Of a stretch of DNA of 64,000 nt, positions 24,510 to 49,625 are shown one piece after another. This stretch comes from Macrostomum lignano. Its lineage: Eukaryota. Within the stretch, counting starts at the first letter, position 1, and each line of letters begins with the position of its first letter. The notes under the pieces were generated by a model that saw only the letters and a list, made by a program, of their open reading frames with translations, made no database searches and was not told the DNA's origin. Location of the stretch: contig NIVC01003166.1 in the NCBI GenBank assembly GCA_002269645.1, positions 1-64,000 on the forward strand, given 5' to 3'. A program made the translations under genes and the position numbers.

Positions 24510-24979
24510 GATTGAGAAATGAGAAGTGAAATGAAATTAGTTCAGAAAGAATGATATGGTTTGAAAGATGAAAGTTTGTGAATTTGGATGTCTGAAGAAT
24601 CAGATAAGGTGCCCTTGAGCCAAACTATTACAGGCTATTTATCATCCAGTGGGCTGAATTGGAGCTTATCTTAAGACGCAGGGTAGAAACTGAAAAATCG
24701 ATAAAGAAGAAAGGGGTCTAAATCTAAAAAACCTATGATTTGGGGTGTGGGCTCTCCAGGCCCGTGTGTCCAAATTCCGGGGCAGAGGGCTCACAATGTA
24801 CACTGGTCTGCGCCAGCCAGTGAAAAAAACTGTGAATGTAATCTATTTATGACTGTCTCGCCAGTGGGGTTGATACAGCTATGTACTTTTGACATAGTGA
24901 AATTCTTATCAGAGTTACCAGTATCACTGATATCAGTGATATCATCAATATCAGTGATAATCAGTATCACTTTTAACAA

Positions 24980-25420
24980 AACTGGTTTTGCAATGATTCA
25001 AACTCTGGTTTAGCCATGATTCAAACTCTGGTTTAGCCATGATTCAAACTCTGGTTTAGCCATGAGTCAGACTCTCGTTTAGCCATGATTCAAACTCTGG
25101 TTTTGCCATGATTCAAACTTTGGTTTAGCCATGATTCAAACTCTGGTTTAGTCATGATTCAAACGATGGTTTAGCCATGACTTAAACTCTGGTTTAGCCA
25201 TGATTCAAACAATGGTTTAGCCATGATTCAAACACTGGTTTTAGCCATGATTCAGACTCTGGTTTAGCCATGATTCAGACTCTGGTTTAGCCATGATTCA
25301 AACACTGGTTTTAGCCATGATTCAGACTCTGGTTTAGCCATGATTTAAACTCTGGTTTAGCCATGATTTAAACTCTGGTTTAGTCTGATTCAAGCTCTAT
25401 TTTTGCAATGATTCAAAGTC
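24980..25420. repeat. 23-bp minisatellite (GGTTTAGCCATGATTCAAACTCT) in the Helitron 5' region
   Basis: About 18-19 tandem copies read directly. Confidence 0.92.
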
Positions 25421-26071
25421 AGATAATATTTTATTTACGATCATCTTCTTCATCTTCTTCTTCATTGATATTTATCTTCAATCACTACTGGCTGAAATTT
25501 GACGCAGTGCAGAATCGAACCCTAGCCGAGCCTATAACCAATTCCTAGTGCCTACACATCGGCTATCGGCTAGTCTGTTCGCATCTTTCTTGGCTATCTC
25601 TTTTCAATTGGAGAACATGAATTGTGGCCCTTATAATTCAATTCTTACAGCAAGTCAATTGGAGTAAAAAATTATGACATAATCAATTTCTCAGTCAGCC
25701 AGAATCAGTCTCAATTTAAGTTGGCAATATGGTTACGCAATTTCATTCAAGTTTTGTGTGCATTTGTTCGGCACTGTTTTCAACTTGTTGTGATGCAATC
25801 TTTATCACAATCGGAATTCAGTCAGTCAGTTTTTTCTCTAGCATTCTTACAATGCATTTCAGGTCGAAAGAGCTGCTTGACCTTTGCAAAAAATCATGTT
25901 TTTCGAATATTTAATCCCTTTAACATTGAGCAATTTCTTAGCCAATATGCATGTACCGTCCCGGGAAAATTTCTGATCGAATGGTGCAAGTTTGAAGAAA
26001 ATCGGTTGAGCCGTTCGGGAGAAAATCAATTACAAGCAAGCAACCAAGCATTTCATTTTTAGTATATAGGA

Positions 26072-26741
26072 CTGCTGGTACCGAGAAGTCGCCCGACTGT
26101 CAATTGAGCAGTTTAACTGCACCATATGGCGGCTCCCGCTGCCCTGGGAGTATCGCGCAGCGCCATCGTGCTTTAATCTGACCCAAGTTCCTTCTCCTCC
26201 GCAGATCAACCCGACTCTACTCAGACAGCGAGAGGCAGTTTTGTACAATGCGACCGATCTGTGCAGTGGCAAACCGCCCTGCAAGCTGCGGACGTACAGT
26301 TACGCTTACTCTTCTAGCGACTGGCCATCCGATGCGTACTGGAACACCTTTCTTAGAAGCTATATCAGTAGTTTTCTGATCAATAGAAATGGACCAACGC
26401 CCGGATTTTCGTATTTAGTACACAATGCTACTATTGAACAAGTTCGGCAGTCACTGCTTCTCCTGGAACTGTCTGGAGCCGAGTTTAGAAGTCCCGAAGT
26501 TCGCCTGTCACTTGCGTACAGTTTCAATTCGTTGACTGCCGATGTTGGAGGTTTGTTGGGCCTCTTTCTGGGCATGTCACTTTTGTCGGTGCTGGAACTG
26601 CTGGAGCTGCTGCACGACTGTTGCCTGATCCTTGGTAGGCGGCTGCGCCTGCGGCTGCTCAGAAAAGCAGTTGGCGACTCGCCTGAGAAAGAGAGCGGCA
26701 CCGAACCTGGCGAGTTTGGCGAGACGAGTTCGGCCTTCTAG
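26072..26741 (+). pseudogene. DEG/ENaC family channel, 3' half (Cys-rich thumb, TM2, C-tail)
   Basis: CWYREVARLSIEQFNC, CSGKPPCKLRTYSY, SSSDWPS, YSFNSLTADVGGLLGLFLGMSLLSVLE (GxS filter), stop at 26739-26741. Joined to the 5' half it gives 1623 nt, i.e. 540 aa. Confidence 0.9.
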
Positions 26742-28180
26742 CTTTGAGAAGGGCATCATTTGTTAAAGGACTTGAAACGTTGTAGACACAACACACATGG
26801 TTACCGTACATACAGAGGTCAATGCATGTACTTAGCCGCCTGGGCTGGGAATACTCATTGTTTGCTCTAAGATCGTGATTAAACTACCACTGTGTTACAA
26901 CTGTAGCAGTATTGGTCAGAAAACAGAATAACTGCTTGTAGTATTGTAGACGTCTTATATATCTTTTTTTATATATTCTAATATCACTAAAAATCCACCT
27001 TTCTGCGTTTTATTTGGTAAAAACTGCTTTCAGTTTGGTGCGACACACGCAGCGGAAACGAGCCAGGCCGAAAGATATGGTTTGCCATAGGCATGTACAG
27101 AAAACCAGCAACCAATTTGGTTGGAACTGGTTCTAATTGGGATAACTAAAGATTCTCTCACGGTCCACCCAGCTGATTTTGGAATAAGGGCCTCTATGTG
27201 CCATGCCTCAACTTCTTATCTATTGTACTAAGCTGCTATTCTTGGGCAGACCAAATTGGACGCAGCAGTTTTCAAATTGCATGTCCAAATTCCAAATGCT
27301 TTCTGCATTCTTCTTAAGTCTATGGCCGGACCCTAAGTGGCTGACATGTCCGCCTGCTACGAAGAGAATTCGAACCAAATTAAACGCAGATTTCACCAAA
27401 TAGAGCGCAAAAATATAATTAGTCATCACCTATTTCAAACGATAGTCGATTGAAGTACATCTCACACTATTTGCCATTACGAGCGTACTATCGTAAATTC
27501 TATTAAAAATTAGAAAGAAAAGAAAGAATTAGCAAGTTTAGTCGATATTAATAAATATATCTAGTCTTCAAGTTTGGCCATGAGCGATGAGAAGACACAT
27601 GTAGTATATAAGAAGCGATTTCGGTGCAAACAAGTTGGTTTACCGAGTTGGCAAAGAAATTTTTATCAAACCAGTGTTTACAAGCCTTATATTCTGACAC
27701 TGTCGAACGCCACCTATTTGCCACGTCACCCATATACAGGAGCATTAGATTTCTTGTAAAATAATCTTATAAATGTGCAGAGAACTAATACAACTCACTG
27801 TGTTCCACCTATTATTGCACACTGACCAGAAGAGATTTAACGAAGCGCACAAAAATCTTTTTGAGCCCCCATATGCCACGAGTACAATTCAACAGACGTG
27901 TGTTCTTGTGCTCTGAATGGGTGAGTAATGGCATTTTCTAAGAAAAAACGTAAGCAGCTTTAAGAGGATTTGGACTGCAGCGCAAGCTTGTAGGAAAATC
28001 CTCCAATTGGGCTACCGCTGCTGCTGCGGACCTGAGTTTGGCATTCCCTGCCCAAGCTGTTGCCATTATGCCGCATATTTATATTTTGCTTTGCCTGTAA
28101 AAGTTTTTACTATGACCGCCGGACCCATACTGCTGCATTGACCCAGAAAAACAAGCTTTCAGACACCACTCTGCACACAA

Positions 28181-37316
<9,136 letters not shown>

Positions 37317-37749
37317 TTTTTCAATGCGTTGAAGCCGATTTTTCAAAATTTACCGTCTAATTAATTACGTCTAATTAGTTTCGTTTTAAGTGATCGAAGC
37401 AAAATAGTTGACGGTTTCGGTCATTTGGTTCAACTATATGATAGCACAAGCCATGCGCAGATCATTAAATCGCTAAGCTTCGTGTTTAAAATATTGCTTC
37501 ATTAACGCTTCACTGCAAATGCTGATATTTAAATTTTGATCGAAAATAAGTTAACTCAATAATTTCTTCCAAAAAAACTTGACAAAATCATTATTCATTT
37601 TATCTTTAAATGCATTAGATTATTTGCCATGGCATACAACTTTCCTTCTCCTTTTCCTTTTCGATTCAAAAAGATTCAAAAAGATTACCAATCTTTTGGG
37701 TTACTTTACATATACTAAACACTAATTATTACATCTTTGATTCTGTAAC

Positions 37750-38000
37750 AGACAGAGAGACCGACGGACAAACAAACAGACACCAACACAGGCAGACAGA
37801 CACTAAGACAGGCAGACACTAAGACAGCAGATAGACAGACGGATAGACAGACAGACAGACACTAAGACCGACACTAAGACAGACAGGCAGACAGACAGAC
37901 AGACACTAAGACCGACACTAAGACAGACAGGCAGACAGACAGACAGATAGACAGACAGACAGACAGGCAGACAGACAGTCAGACACTAAGACCGACACTA

Positions 38001-38033
<33 letters not shown>

Positions 38034-38042
38034 GGCAGACAG
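37750..38042. repeat. Compound ACAG/GACACTAA microsatellite; duplicate at ~44540-44835
   Basis: Read directly. Confidence 0.9.
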
Positions 38043-38426
38043 TTTCAGCAAGCTTCTAGTTATTGACAATCAGCTGATACAATCATATAGCGGAATCTAA
38101 AAACAAAAAGAAATCAAAAATGGTTCGTTGCACATACTGCATGTGTAGTGTGAAGTCGCGTGCAAAGTTTGTATTTTAATTCTGCCTTAAACGTCCGCCA
38201 TACACTACGCAAAATGAGGTTCAGCAAATAAAAAATGGACGCTAAAACTATACACTCAAACACAAGGAGTTCTTGAAAAAGTGGGTTACCCTAGACCAAC
38301 TGAAATACAAACTACATAACTGTAGTTTTAGGACGCTAAAATGCGCTTTTGAACAAAAAGCTGCTTGAATGAACATTGTTTTAATTTTAAACTTTACTTC
38401 AAAGAAAACTACCAGAGGCAGCGCAC

Positions 38427-39043
38427 TTACTGGATATTTTTAATAAAATTAGTATTCAGCATATACAGCTCATAACAGCAGGGTCTTTTCAAGCCGCTGT
38501 ATGATTTATATAATCTTGACCAGGGGTTCATGTCCCATTTCCAAGTTCGAAAGCCGATGTTGAAAATGTCCAAAAGAATCCTTACGAACCGACGGTAGTT
38601 AGATGCTCTGTAAAAGTAGCCGTCCGTGTGCGTCTCAAACAGAAGCTGCTTCACCCTAGCCAGGCAGCCCTCTTGTAAAGCCTGCGCTAGCGAGTCCCAT
38701 TCTGCATATTCGATGTCAATCTTGAGAATGTCGATAGTCGAATTGCCCGGCACAAGTTCCTGAAACAGTTGGCACAGAGAGCGCATCTTCCATCCTTCGG
38801 ATGAGGTTTCATTGTTTGACGACAGACCGATGCTGTAGAACCAGGAACTGTTCTTACGCCTGTGATCCTTCACGCCTAGCATGCTGGGGTCAAACATGAA
38901 CACTCGGCAGCCGAATCTGTCCGCTAACTCGTCATCGTATTCCCAAACGTCATTGATCCCGAACGAGAAGGCGATGCAGCCTTTTGACCGACGAATGTCA
39001 AAGGGCTTGCTGAAGCAGACATCCCAACCGCCATCCTTTATGG
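38427..39043 (-). pseudogene. 5'-truncated duplicate of the METTL24-like methyltransferase C-terminal domain
   Basis: IKDGGWDVC...FSFGINDVWEYDDEL...ILKIDIEYAEW...QLLFETH; the upstream sequence is replaced by satellite at the duplication junction. Confidence 0.85.
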
Positions 39044-39054
39044 TCCTACATGGA

Positions 39055-41206
39055 AAACATAGAAGAGCCACAATGTCAGATATTAAAAAGCCACCGTATC
39101 AAACATAAAAGAGTTACCATGTAGAACAAAAAAGAGCCACCATGTCGAACATAAAAGAGCCACCATGTCAAGCATAAAAGAGCCACCATGTCAAACATTA
39201 AAGAGCCACCATGTCGAACATTAAAGAGCCACCATGTCAAGCATAAAAGAGCCACCATGTCAAACATTAAAGAGCCATGTCAAACACTAAAGAGCCAACA
39301 TGTCGAACATAAAAGAGCCACCATGTCAAACATTAAAGAGCCACCATGTCAGACATTAAAGAGCCACCATGTCAAACATTAAAGAGCCACCATATCGAAC
39401 ACTAAAGAGCCACCATGTCAAACATATGTGACTCCATGTCGAATATATACGTGCCTCCATGTCACACATAAAAGGGCCACCATGTAAAACATATACATAT
39501 GACTACATAACAAACATTAAACAGCCCACCATGTCGAACATTAAAGAGCCATCATGTCAAACATAAAAGAGCCACCATGTCAAACATTAAAGAGCCACCA
39601 TGTCAGACATTAAAGAGCCACTATGTCAAACATAAAAGAGCCACCATGTCAAACATTAAAGAGCCACCATATCGAACACTAAAGAGCCACCATGTCAAAC
39701 ATATGTGACTCCATGTCAAATATATACGTGACTCCATGTCACACATAAAAGAGCCACCATGTAAAACATATACATATGACTACATAACAAACATTAAACA
39801 GCCACCATGTCGAACATTAAAGAGCCATCATGTCAAACATAAAAGAGCCACCATGTCATAAATTAAAGACCCACCATGTCAAACATTAAAGAGCCACCAT
39901 GTCAAACATTAAAGAGCCACCATGTCAAACATTAAAGAGCCACATGTCGAACATAAAAGAGCCACTTTGTCAAACATCTACGAGTCACCATGTCAAGCGT
40001 ATACATGACTCCATTTCAGACATTAAAGTGCCACCATGTCAAACATAAAAGAGCCACCAGCTCAAACATTAAAGAGCCACCATGTCAGACACAAAACAGC
40101 TACCATGTCAAACATAAATGGGGTGCCTACTATCTTGGAGTGCTTGCTATCTGGAGATGCGTGCTATCTGGGGGTGCTTGCTATCTGGGGGATGCTTGCT
40201 ATCTTGGGGGTTCTAGCTATCTGGGGGTGCTTGCTATTAGGTGGATGCTTGCTATCTGGGGTGCCTGCTATCTTGGAGTGCTTGCTATCTGGAGATGCGT
40301 GCTATCTGGGGGTGCTTGCTATCTGGGGTGCTTGCTATCTGGGGGTGCTTGCTATCTGGGGGTGCTTGCTATTAGGTGGATGCTTGCTATCTGGGGTGCC
40401 TGCTATCTGGGGGTTCTTGCTATCTGGGGGTGCTTGCTATCTGGGGGTGCTTGCTATTAGGTGGATGCTTGCTATCTGGGGTGCCTGCTATCTGGGGGTG
40501 CTTGCTATCTGGAGATGCTTGCTATCTGGGGGTGCTTGCTATTAGGTGGATGCTTGCTATCTGGGGGTGCTTGCTATTAGGTGGATGCTTGCTATCTGGG
40601 GGTGCTTGCTATCTGGAGATGCTTGCTATCTGGGGGTGCTTGCTATCTGGGGGTGCTTGCTATCTAAGGGTGCTTGCTATTAGGTGGATGCTTGCTATCT
40701 TGGGGTGCTTGCTATTAGGTGGATGCTTGCTATCTGGGGTGCCTGCTATCTGGGGGTGCTTGCTATCTAGAGATGCTTGCTACTTGGGGTGCTTGCTATC
40801 TGGGGGTGCTTGCTATCTGGGGGTGCTTGCTATCTAAGGGTGCTTGCTATTAGGTGGATGCTTGCTATCTTGGGGTGCTTGCTATTAGGTGGATGCTTGC
40901 TATCTGGGGTGCCTGCTATCTGGGGGTGCTTGCTATCTGGAGATGCTTGCCTTGCTATCCAAGGGTGCTTGCTATCTGGGGATGCTTGCTATCTAAGGGT
41001 GCTTGCTATTAGGTGGATGCTTGCTATCTGGGGGTGCTTGCTATCTGGGGGGTTGCTTGCTGTCCTGGGATATTTTTTTGCATTGCACTTCATTTGAGCA
41101 GTTTTTCTATTGTCTATGTGAAGGCTTTATTTGGCCGTCTTTTTGATACTTGTAGAGTGCCAGAGATTCTATCTAGATGCCCCCCATCGGGGGCGAAGAT
41201 TGCTAG
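39055..41206 (+). mobile_element. Duplicated 3' part of the non-autonomous Helitron
   Basis: Same satellites and the hairpin-GATTG-CTAG|T end at 41203-41206. Confidence 0.85.
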
Positions 41207-41229
41207 TTATATACTACTTTCCACTTCAG

Positions 41230-44109
<2,880 letters not shown>

Positions 44110-44793
44110 TTTTTCAATGCGTTGAAGCCGATTTTTCAAAATTTACCGTCTAATTAATTACGTCTAATTAGTTTCGTTTTAAGTGATCGAAGCAAAATAG
44201 TTGACGGTTTCGGTCATTTGGTTCAACTATATGATAGCACAAGCCATGCGCAGATCATTAAATCGCTAAGCTTCGTGTTTAAAATATTGCTTCATTAACG
44301 CTTCACTGCAAATGCTGATATTTAAATTTTGATCGAAAATAAGTTAACTCAATAATTTCTTCCAAAAAAACTTGACAAAATCATTATTCATTTTATCTTT
44401 AAATGCATTAGATTATTTGCCATGGCATACAACTTTCCTTCTCCTTTTCCTTTTCGATTCAAAAAGATTCAAAAAGTTTACCAATCTTTTGGGTTACTTT
44501 ACATATACTAAACACTAATTATTACATCTTTGATTCTGTAACAGACAGAGAGACCGACGGACAAACAAACAGACACCAACACAGGCAGACAGACACTAAG
44601 ACAGGCAGACACTAAGACAGCAGATAGACAGACGGATAGACAGACAGACAGACACTAAGACCGACACTAAGACAGACAGGCAGACAGACAGACAGACACT
44701 AAGACCGACACTAAGACAGACAGGCAGACAGACAGACAGATAGACAGACAGACAGACAGGCAGACAGACAGTCAGACACTAAGACCGACACTA

Positions 44794-44826
<33 letters not shown>

Positions 44827-45219
44827 GGCAGACAGTTTCAGCAAGCTTCTAGTTATTGACAATCAGCTGATACAATCATATAGCGGAATCTAAAAACAAA
44901 AAGAAATCAAAAATGGTTCGTTGCACATACTGCATGTGTAGTGTGAAGTCGCGTGCAAAGTTTGTATTTTAATTCTGCCTTAAACGTCCGCCATACACTA
45001 CGCAAAATGAGGTTCAGCAAATAAAAAATGGACGCTAAAACTATACACTCAAACACAAGGAGTTCTTGAAAAAGTGGGTTACCCTAGACCAACTGAAATA
45101 CAAACTACATAACTGTAGTTTTAGGACGCTAAAATGCGCTTTTGAACAAAAAGCTGCTTGAATGAACATTGTTTTAATTTTAAACTTTACTTCAAAGAAA
45201 ACTACCAGAGGCAGCGCAC

Positions 45220-47004
45220 TTACTGGATATTTTTAATAAAATTAGTATTCAGCATATACAGCTCATAACAGCAGGGTCTTTTCAAGCCGCTGTATGATTT
45301 ATATAATCTTGACCAGGGGTTCATGTCCCATTTCCAAGTTCGAAAGCCGATGTTGAAAATGTCCAAAAGAATCCTTACGAACCGACGGTAGTTAGATGCT
45401 CTGTAAAAGTAGCCGTCCGTGTGCGTCTCAAACAGAAGCTGCTTCACCCTAGCCAGGCAGCCCTCTTGTAAAGCCTGCGCTAGCGAGTCCCATTCTGCAT
45501 ATTCGATGTCAATCTTGAGAATGTCGATAGTCGAATTGCCCGGCACAAGTTCCTGAAACAGTTGGCACAGAGAGCGCATCTTCCATCCTTCGGATGAGGT
45601 TTCATTGTTTGACGACAGACCGATGCTGTAGAACCAGGAACTGTTCTTACGCCTGTGATCCTTCACGCCTAGCATGCTGGGGTCAAACATGAACACTCGG
45701 CAGCCGAATCTGTCCGCTAACTCGTCATCGTATTACCAAACGTCATTGATCCCGAACGAGAAGGCGATGCAGCCTTTTGACCGACGAATGTCAAAGGGCT
45801 TGCTGAAGCAGACATCCCAACCGCCATCCTTTATGGACCCGATTCGCTTGCTATTAGGGCAGAAGATATGCTGCTGCTCTACTAGCTGATAGTACAGATA
45901 TTCCAATTGGGTCTGAGACATGGCAGCGAGGTTAGCTCGGAGTGCTACACGAATTTGATCACAGTGCTGTCCTTTGAAAATTGGATCATTCTTCAGAGGA
46001 AAGTCAATAAAGCTTCCAATGTCGTTCGTCAGTTTGATATTGGCAGAGTGGCTGCTTAGGAAATTGACGTTAATGTAGCTTAGGTGCACTATACTGGCAC
46101 CTATTGAGGTGTTTGCTTTAAGTGCACTTACATTCCATTGTCGAAATCCAACACTTTTCAGTTCCATCAGAGCACGAATATTTCTTTGAAGCTCGTCAGA
46201 CGTCGGAGACTTTGTTACGTCGAATTCAATATTCAAGAGTAGCTGCTTTGTTAGTCCCAGCGAACCGTCAGTCGCGGCAGTTTTCAGCAGTGAAAAATTT
46301 CCTGACTGGATGTCGATTTTCAACACGTCGATCACTGATTTATCGGCTTTGAAGCGCTTTAGGTAGCCGAGATAAGTGTTGGTACCGACAATGTCGTTAG
46401 TAGTGAAGTTACCTAGACCCTCTCTGAGCAGTAGAATGCGTTCACTGTGCAGTCGACTAGATCGCGTCATTTTCGGGTAAAATGACAATACATAGCAGCC
46501 ATGAACTGTGGAGAAGTGTTCTTCGAATACTGGAGACGTCACATTTTCGCTGAATGAGAAGACGTAGCAAGGCTGAGTTGGACTGTATTGGCCCGCCGTG
46601 CACACGTTGTAGCCAGTGGTATTTTTACCGTTTTTAACCATTGCAGTCTGGTTATTGTCGTGACAGAGCTCCGTTGACTGCTTCAGCATCTGCTTGAGCA
46701 TATTTTCCAACTCTGGTTTTGTTTTGCTTTGCAGTTGGTGTCGAGCCATGTCAACATTCCAGAGCCATTGCGCAGGTGTTCCTAAGGATAAAAAGCTGCT
46801 CCCTGGTTTACGTGTTAAAGTTTCGGAAGTTTGTGTATATTGGCTCAATTGAGCAACGAACTTACTGGATCCACTGCGTAGAATTACAGTTTTTATACTT
46901 ATTACAGTCAGCATTGCAATTATAAATCCGATGGTTATTCTTTTTAAGCATGTCGTACTTTGAAAACAGCCGGGCCTCCTCCATTCGACCAGAAGCAGAT
47001 GCAT
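45220..47004 (-). CDS. Intronless type II membrane protein with two tandem METTL24/FkbM-like methyltransferase domains; in-frame TAA at 45733-45735
   Basis: N-terminal TM ITIGFIIAMLTVISI. Domain 1: YNVC...CYVFSFS...IDVLKIDIQ...TKQLLL. Domain 2: RIGSIKDGGWDVC...CIAFSFGI...MFDPS...LKIDIEYAEW...KQLLFETH. The ORFs 45733-47004 and 45220-45696 are in one frame across the stop. Confidence 0.8.
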
Positions 47005-48299
47005 CGTGCGCGATTTTGTCTGACTGAGACAATCCGATTGCTTATTTAATTTACGTTTAATGGGCGCCTTCGCAGCAAGGAATCAATAGTCTATGGTACA
47101 ACTACTTTCGTACCGGGACCAATATATCATTTAATGGTCTTCAAACGGAGCCCAATAAATGATTTATTGGTCGTGGGAAAAGAAAAGTTGTACCATAAGA
47201 AATTTGTATCTAATTTCGCAAATAGAAAATGAGAAAAACGGAATACAAATAACGCATAACTCATGCTTCTTCTTAATAGTTTTCTATGCTAGCTTCAAGA
47301 AAGTCTGCACGCACTCAACAGGCAGGATTTCAATTTTATAGGACCGTCAATGATGATAGACTTCACTCCGTGTGCTTTAGAGGACTCACAAGACTCATCG
47401 GTTTTTGAGCACAGAAGTGTACGCTAGCAAAAGATTGTCTATGGCAGCTGTGTATGGCAAAGCTTGGCAGAAAAGCTAGCGTACACTTCTGTGCTCAATA
47501 ACTCGCCTCTGGAGCAATTTTTCGCAACCAAATGTTTGTGGGAAAAACTTACAAATGTTTACTGTGGACCTGTTAAATTTCTGTGCTATAGGCCTAACTG
47601 CTCACTCACAGTGAGCGCACAAAGTGTTACCTTTTTTTGGGACACCCGTTATGTGTAGTCTCTGGCCCGAAGAAAAGACTCAGTGTAAAAGTAGAAGCTG
47701 CACTTTGTACTTCAACTGCAGAAATAGCAATGGATAAATAATCAGCGGTCCCAGTGCGTGACAACGATTGAGACTTGAGTTTATTTGAGTCTGTTGAGAC
47801 TCTTGAGTCTGTTTAGACTCTACTGGTTGCAGTCTCTAGAAGGACTGCCCCTGATAGGTCTTAGAGGACTATCAGAGGTTTCCGGAGCTATACCTAGAGT
47901 GCATAGAGGCACTGCTAGAAGAAGGAGGCTTAATTCAGACCGCAGTTTGGCGCAGGGATCCCATTGTTAATGATCTGAAGCTTCCTATTGGTCCGAGCGA
48001 CAGAATCCGGCCGGAACTATTTGAAGAAGGAAAGAAGACTCGGACCCGACCTACGAACGACAATCAGAAGTGACTACAAACGAGATCTACACGAGATCCA
48101 CATTGAAGAAATATCTCATAAGGACTCAAGGTAATTGAATACCTTCTGTTGACTTACTGGGTTGCCTAGCTACTGAGCTAGAAGTGATTGTTCTTTGATT
48201 ATCGAAAGTCGGGTAATAAGGAACACATCATTACAACAAAAATAGTGAAAAGAAGATAGAATAGAAACAATATAATATTAATATTTGATTACACCTGTC

Positions 48300-48545
48300 C
48301 CAATAAGCAGATGTGCAACCGACAGCTCAGCTGCAACTAATGAGGAGGGGGGGTTAACACACATTCTCAATTATCTCAGCTAATGCTGGCGCACAGATTA
48401 CAGCGGGGTGAACTGAAGTAATGCAGAGTTAAGTGTCTTTCTCTTTCTCCAGGACAAATTGTTCTGAGTGGAGTCGAAAATCGAACCCCTGACCTGCAAC
48501 TGCAAGTCGTGAGTCCGACGCTCTAACCACTGGGCCACAACCTCC
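48300..48545 (-). mobile_element. tRNA-derived SINE with a CORE-like central region
   Basis: Minus strand: A box TGGCCCAGTGGTTAGAGC, B box GGTTCGATT, then AAGACACTTAACTCTGCATTACTTCAGTTCACCC; body shared with the 61466-61667 copy. Confidence 0.7.
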
Positions 48546-49625
48546 AAGCCACCGAAACATCATCTTGAAATCATTTTCTTTCAAGTTTTCAACTCGACAA
48601 AGTTTTCAGTTTCATCATAAAATCATTTTTTCTCCCTGTGTGTGAGATTCTTTTGAGTTGCACTCGCGATGCTCCTAGTTGCCACCAAATTGCTTTGTTG
48701 AAGCGAGTCCCCACCAGCCTTCTAGCTCCCGATTTGTCGACGCAACACTCATCCTGAGAACTATGGGCATTTTTGCTTTAGAATAACACAACTCAGAAAT
48801 AGCTCACGACCGATTCACGGGAATTCACTCGATATTCATGTAAGGGGTCTTTGACTCAAAAACACAAAAATTAATATTTACTTGAGATAGATGAAGCTGA
48901 GAGATCTGTGAAGCTAACAAGAGTCTCTTTGTGCCACAAGCAGACTGAAAGCCCGGCTGTAGTGGCGTGCGGTGTGGAATTTTGATTAGTTTGGGCGGCA
49001 AACTTTAGAGCGCCCGTGACGTGGTTTGTATTGCATCACTGTTGCTGTCTCTCTGACACCTTATCACTAAGTGGATGTGTACTTTTGAACATTTACTTTC
49101 CTATGCTGCATAATTAAATCATTCGCGCATTTAAATAATAAAAGGCTTACAGTTATGAGAACTATTCTTTAATTTTCTTTAATCAGACAAACTATATGAC
49201 ATGTACAACAAAAGTGTGCAAAATGTCCTGACAGGTGTATTGAAATGACCGAAACCAATTTGATCAATTTTATCGTGCATCTCGGTAAGTAAAATTTTCA
49301 AACCCAGCGTGTACGTAAAGCAAAGTTTATTGAACATGGAATACGCAGTAAAACTTCAATTGTTTATGCGTGTGCATGAACAGGTGAAAAAGGGCTAATT
49401 AAGTGATGTAACCCCGCCAATCAAGATCACAATTTGCGTACATCAAACCTTAACGTGCACTCAAAAGCCTCAATAGACAGTCGTTCCCCTACTTAATTAG
49501 TTTTAGGCCAGTTTGGAACAACTTGGAAAATCGAAACCTCCCCATTTTGTGGCCTATTTAACTAAGATAAAAATATAACTATCCAATCAGTTTGCCAGCA
49601 GTGGATTCTCAATACTTACTGGCAA

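Larger units (their letters stand above)
18671..26071 (-). mobile_element. Helitron, 7.4 kb, Rep-encoding, helicase-deleted
   Basis: On the minus strand it begins TCCTATATACTAAAAATG (26071) and ends CCCCAACGGGGGGCGTAGATTG-CTAG (18671) before a host T. No TSD. Excision restores the ENaC frame (GCT TA|C TGC TGG). Confidence 0.92.

Noticed and set aside
48470-48545. Functional tRNA gene (also 8688-8748, 25500-25560, 31540-31580)
   Set aside because: A/B boxes are present, but acceptor and anticodon stems could not be closed, and the 48.5-kb one continues into a SINE body.
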